Positions 61,964-64,000 of a stretch of DNA of 64,000 bases are shown here, piece by piece. A model generated the notes under the pieces. That model saw only the letters and a list, made by a program, of their open reading frames with translations, made no database searches and was not told the DNA's origin. Numbering within the stretch: the first letter of the stretch is position 1; each line of letters opens with the position of its first letter. The stretch comes from Blepharisma stoltei ATCC 30299 (Eukaryota > Protista > Ciliophora), in the NCBI GenBank assembly GCA_965603825.1, contig CBFDEM010000047.1:682001-746000 (forward strand), written 5' to 3'. The translations under genes were made by a program, and so were the position numbers.

Positions 61964-62407
61964 ATGGAATCAACCAGAGTCAGGTAAACGTCTTTTTGAA
62001 TGGTGACTTAAATAAAAAATGCGAAGCCACCTGTGCATAGCAATCTGATCCTTTCTGAGTTAATTTCAGATTGCAAAGAAAAATTTGACATTAATGGACA
62101 TACAAAATGCAAGCTTTTTGATTCTGGAGTAGGAGAACTATCTGATGATGACCTTGATTATTTAAACCCAGATGAGCCGCTTTTTCTTTCACAAGGCGAA
62201 GAATTTTCAAAAAATTCAAGTATACTAGTATATGAGCCAATAAAACAATTCGGGGAAGGAGGTTTTGGGTCTGTATGATTATATGAGTATAATTCAAATA
62301 AAAATTTAGCAGCATTAAAATTTGTCTCATTTGATTCCCTTATATCAGCTGAAGATGTAAATAGAGTTTACGCAGAAATTGAAGTTTTAAGAGGTCTCAG
62401 GAATTAA
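61964..62407 (+). pseudogene. Truncated KHA/DCX-like ubiquitin-fold + kinase N-lobe fragment
   Basis: KLFDSGVGELSDDDLDYLNPDEPLFLSQGEEF then YEPIKQFGEGGFGSVW...AALK...AEIEVLRGL, stopping right after helix C. The 5' end needs compensating frameshifts (VNVFLNGD is out of frame). Confidence 0.75.
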
Positions 62408-63244
62408 TACATGGGATTTTATTTACAATTGTTGCTATCAGTTTTGTAATCTTCACATTTAAGCATAAAGCCTATAATTATCCTCGGTTCAGCTGATGAC
62501 TTTCTTTAGGCCTAATAGCTGCAACTTGAACTTCATTTTTGGCAACTATAATATAAGCCTTCAAAAAAATTCAAAGCATTGTTTGGAGATTTATATTAAT
62601 TCTTGGGTATATTGTTATAGCAATGATCGGCTGGACAGTTCAAAGGAAAAAATATCCAAGTTTACTTTTAGAAAAACGGTAAAAAATACGATCATTTTGT
62701 TTAAATTTGCATTTACTTTCAGAGGGAAAAGCTCTAAGATTGCTCCGCTTAAGTCAGTAGAATAAAATATTTTACTAATTTTCGAAAATAAAACATCATG
62801 AGCCTCTATTTTATTTCCTATAATAAATGATTTACAGATGTTTAATGAAATGCACTGTAATTGGAAGTACAATTTGTTTCTTTGATTTATTGGAAAAAGG
62901 TATAATATCGATAGTAAAAAAAAGACTTCAGATAAGGGACTATTAATATCAAGAGCGATATCGTTACATTGCAAATATAAAACATTTCATGCCAAAATTA
63001 TTCATGATCATGCTATAGCATATTGTAGATTCTCGATGTCTATCAACTTAATCAATAATTTGCATTCGTATTAAATGATAAAAAATCAAGTCAAATTTTC
63101 TTTAGTCAGCACTTATCAAGTTCAATATTTATATTATGTCTTAATCTGAAATGGGATAAAATAAATTAGTTACAAATTCGAAGATAATTTGATAAAAAAT
63201 CACGCTATAAATATGCCGATAAATTTATTTATATAGCTATTTAC

Positions 63245-64000
63245 TTAATTATTGTTCTTTAGATATCCATGAATCCACTTTACTCCGCCTTCTTTATTTT
63301 TCAAATACTTAACCAGCTTTTCATAGCACGGATAAAATGGATTTGCCATCAAGTTTGCATCTGGAGGAACATTTTTATGCAGTTTTCCTAATTTAATAGA
63401 ATCCAAGATTTCTTTTAAGTCTTGATATTGAGGCTTGTTTTCAAGCTCCTTCAGAAGTATTTGCTTATTTTGTTGTCTATATTCAACAACAGCTTTTTTT
63501 ATCATAAAATTATAGCAAGATGCACTTGATCATTTTCCTAGGTAAAATTGAACATTAAGCAAATTTGGATTTATTTGATAATGGGCTTTTGCTTGAGATT
63601 TAGTAAATACCCAAAATTTTTTTGTATTTGAGCAATTCATGCACAGAGGCTTTTTTAATAAAGGGCAACGAAAGAAATTGTCCTCTTCCATCAGCTTGTG
63701 ACAGCCAATACAGGCTTTGAGGGCCATTGCTATATATGAGTTTTTCCAATTGTTGATTTCTATTTCTGGAACTGGAAACTCATTTGTGTAATAAAAGTGT
63801 CAAAGTTCTTCATCTCAGGTAATGTGGTAGAATTCTTTACATACAAAGGAAAGTTTTGAAGCAGCCTCAGCTGGGCTCATAAATCTAAAGACTTCAATTC
63901 ATGCCCTTTTATATTTAGACGGTTTTGATTCCACTTGTTTTAGCATATTAGGAGGAGAATGATAAGGCTTATCAATAGGTGGATATTTAGAATTTCATTC
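63245..64000 (-). CDS. Second copy of the zf-PARP/F-box/XPA-like gene, 5'-truncated by window edge
   Basis: Near-identical to 60618-61373; frame open to TAA 63245-63247. Confidence 0.82.

Larger units (their letters stand above)
60478..64000. repeat. Recent tandem duplication (60478-61373 versus 63047-64000; coding offset 2627 nt)
   Basis: Near-identical coding and downstream DNA, with two small indels in the downstream flank. Confidence 0.95.

Noticed and set aside
1-64000. Interpretation as bacterial/Mollicute or mitochondrial DNA (code 4), or as mass pseudogenisation or selenoproteins
   Set aside because: Eukaryotic gene families, spliceosomal introns and TGA at conserved Trp sites point to a ciliate nuclear code.
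1-64000. tRNA, rRNA, CRISPR arrays, telomeric repeats, intact transposases, retained IESs
   Set aside because: None recognised by eye. IESs cannot be called without a germline/soma comparison.

Overview
AT-rich, gene-dense eukaryotic DNA, almost certainly from the macronucleus of a heterotrich ciliate (Blepharisma-like). TGA is read as Trp, TAA/TAG are the stops, and introns are tiny (15-16 nt, GTA...A-x3-AG). The supplied ORF track is therefore fragmented. Re-read with TGA=Trp and the tiny introns removed, the window holds about 30 genes: two tandem TmcB-like PAS membrane proteins, V-ATPase subunit a, an NT-C2 coiled-coil protein, two MORN proteins, a bacterial-type persulfide dioxygenase with an MGCGGS acylation leader, a hybrid histidine kinase, nine PH-domain CaMK-like kinases (two disrupted), a RING protein, citrate synthase, two ABCG half-transporters plus a relic, a membrane cyclic-nucleotide PDE, a GH31 glucosidase without a signal peptide, and a duplicated zf-PARP + F-box + XPA-like Zn-finger gene. 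The most notable unexplained signal is in the long intergenic spacers (about 16.0-16.2, 36.8-37.4 and 52.0-52.6 kb). They contain nested, G-U-rich helices consistent with large structured non-coding RNAs that I cannot assign to a known family. All folds were inferred by eye and need computational and experimental testing.
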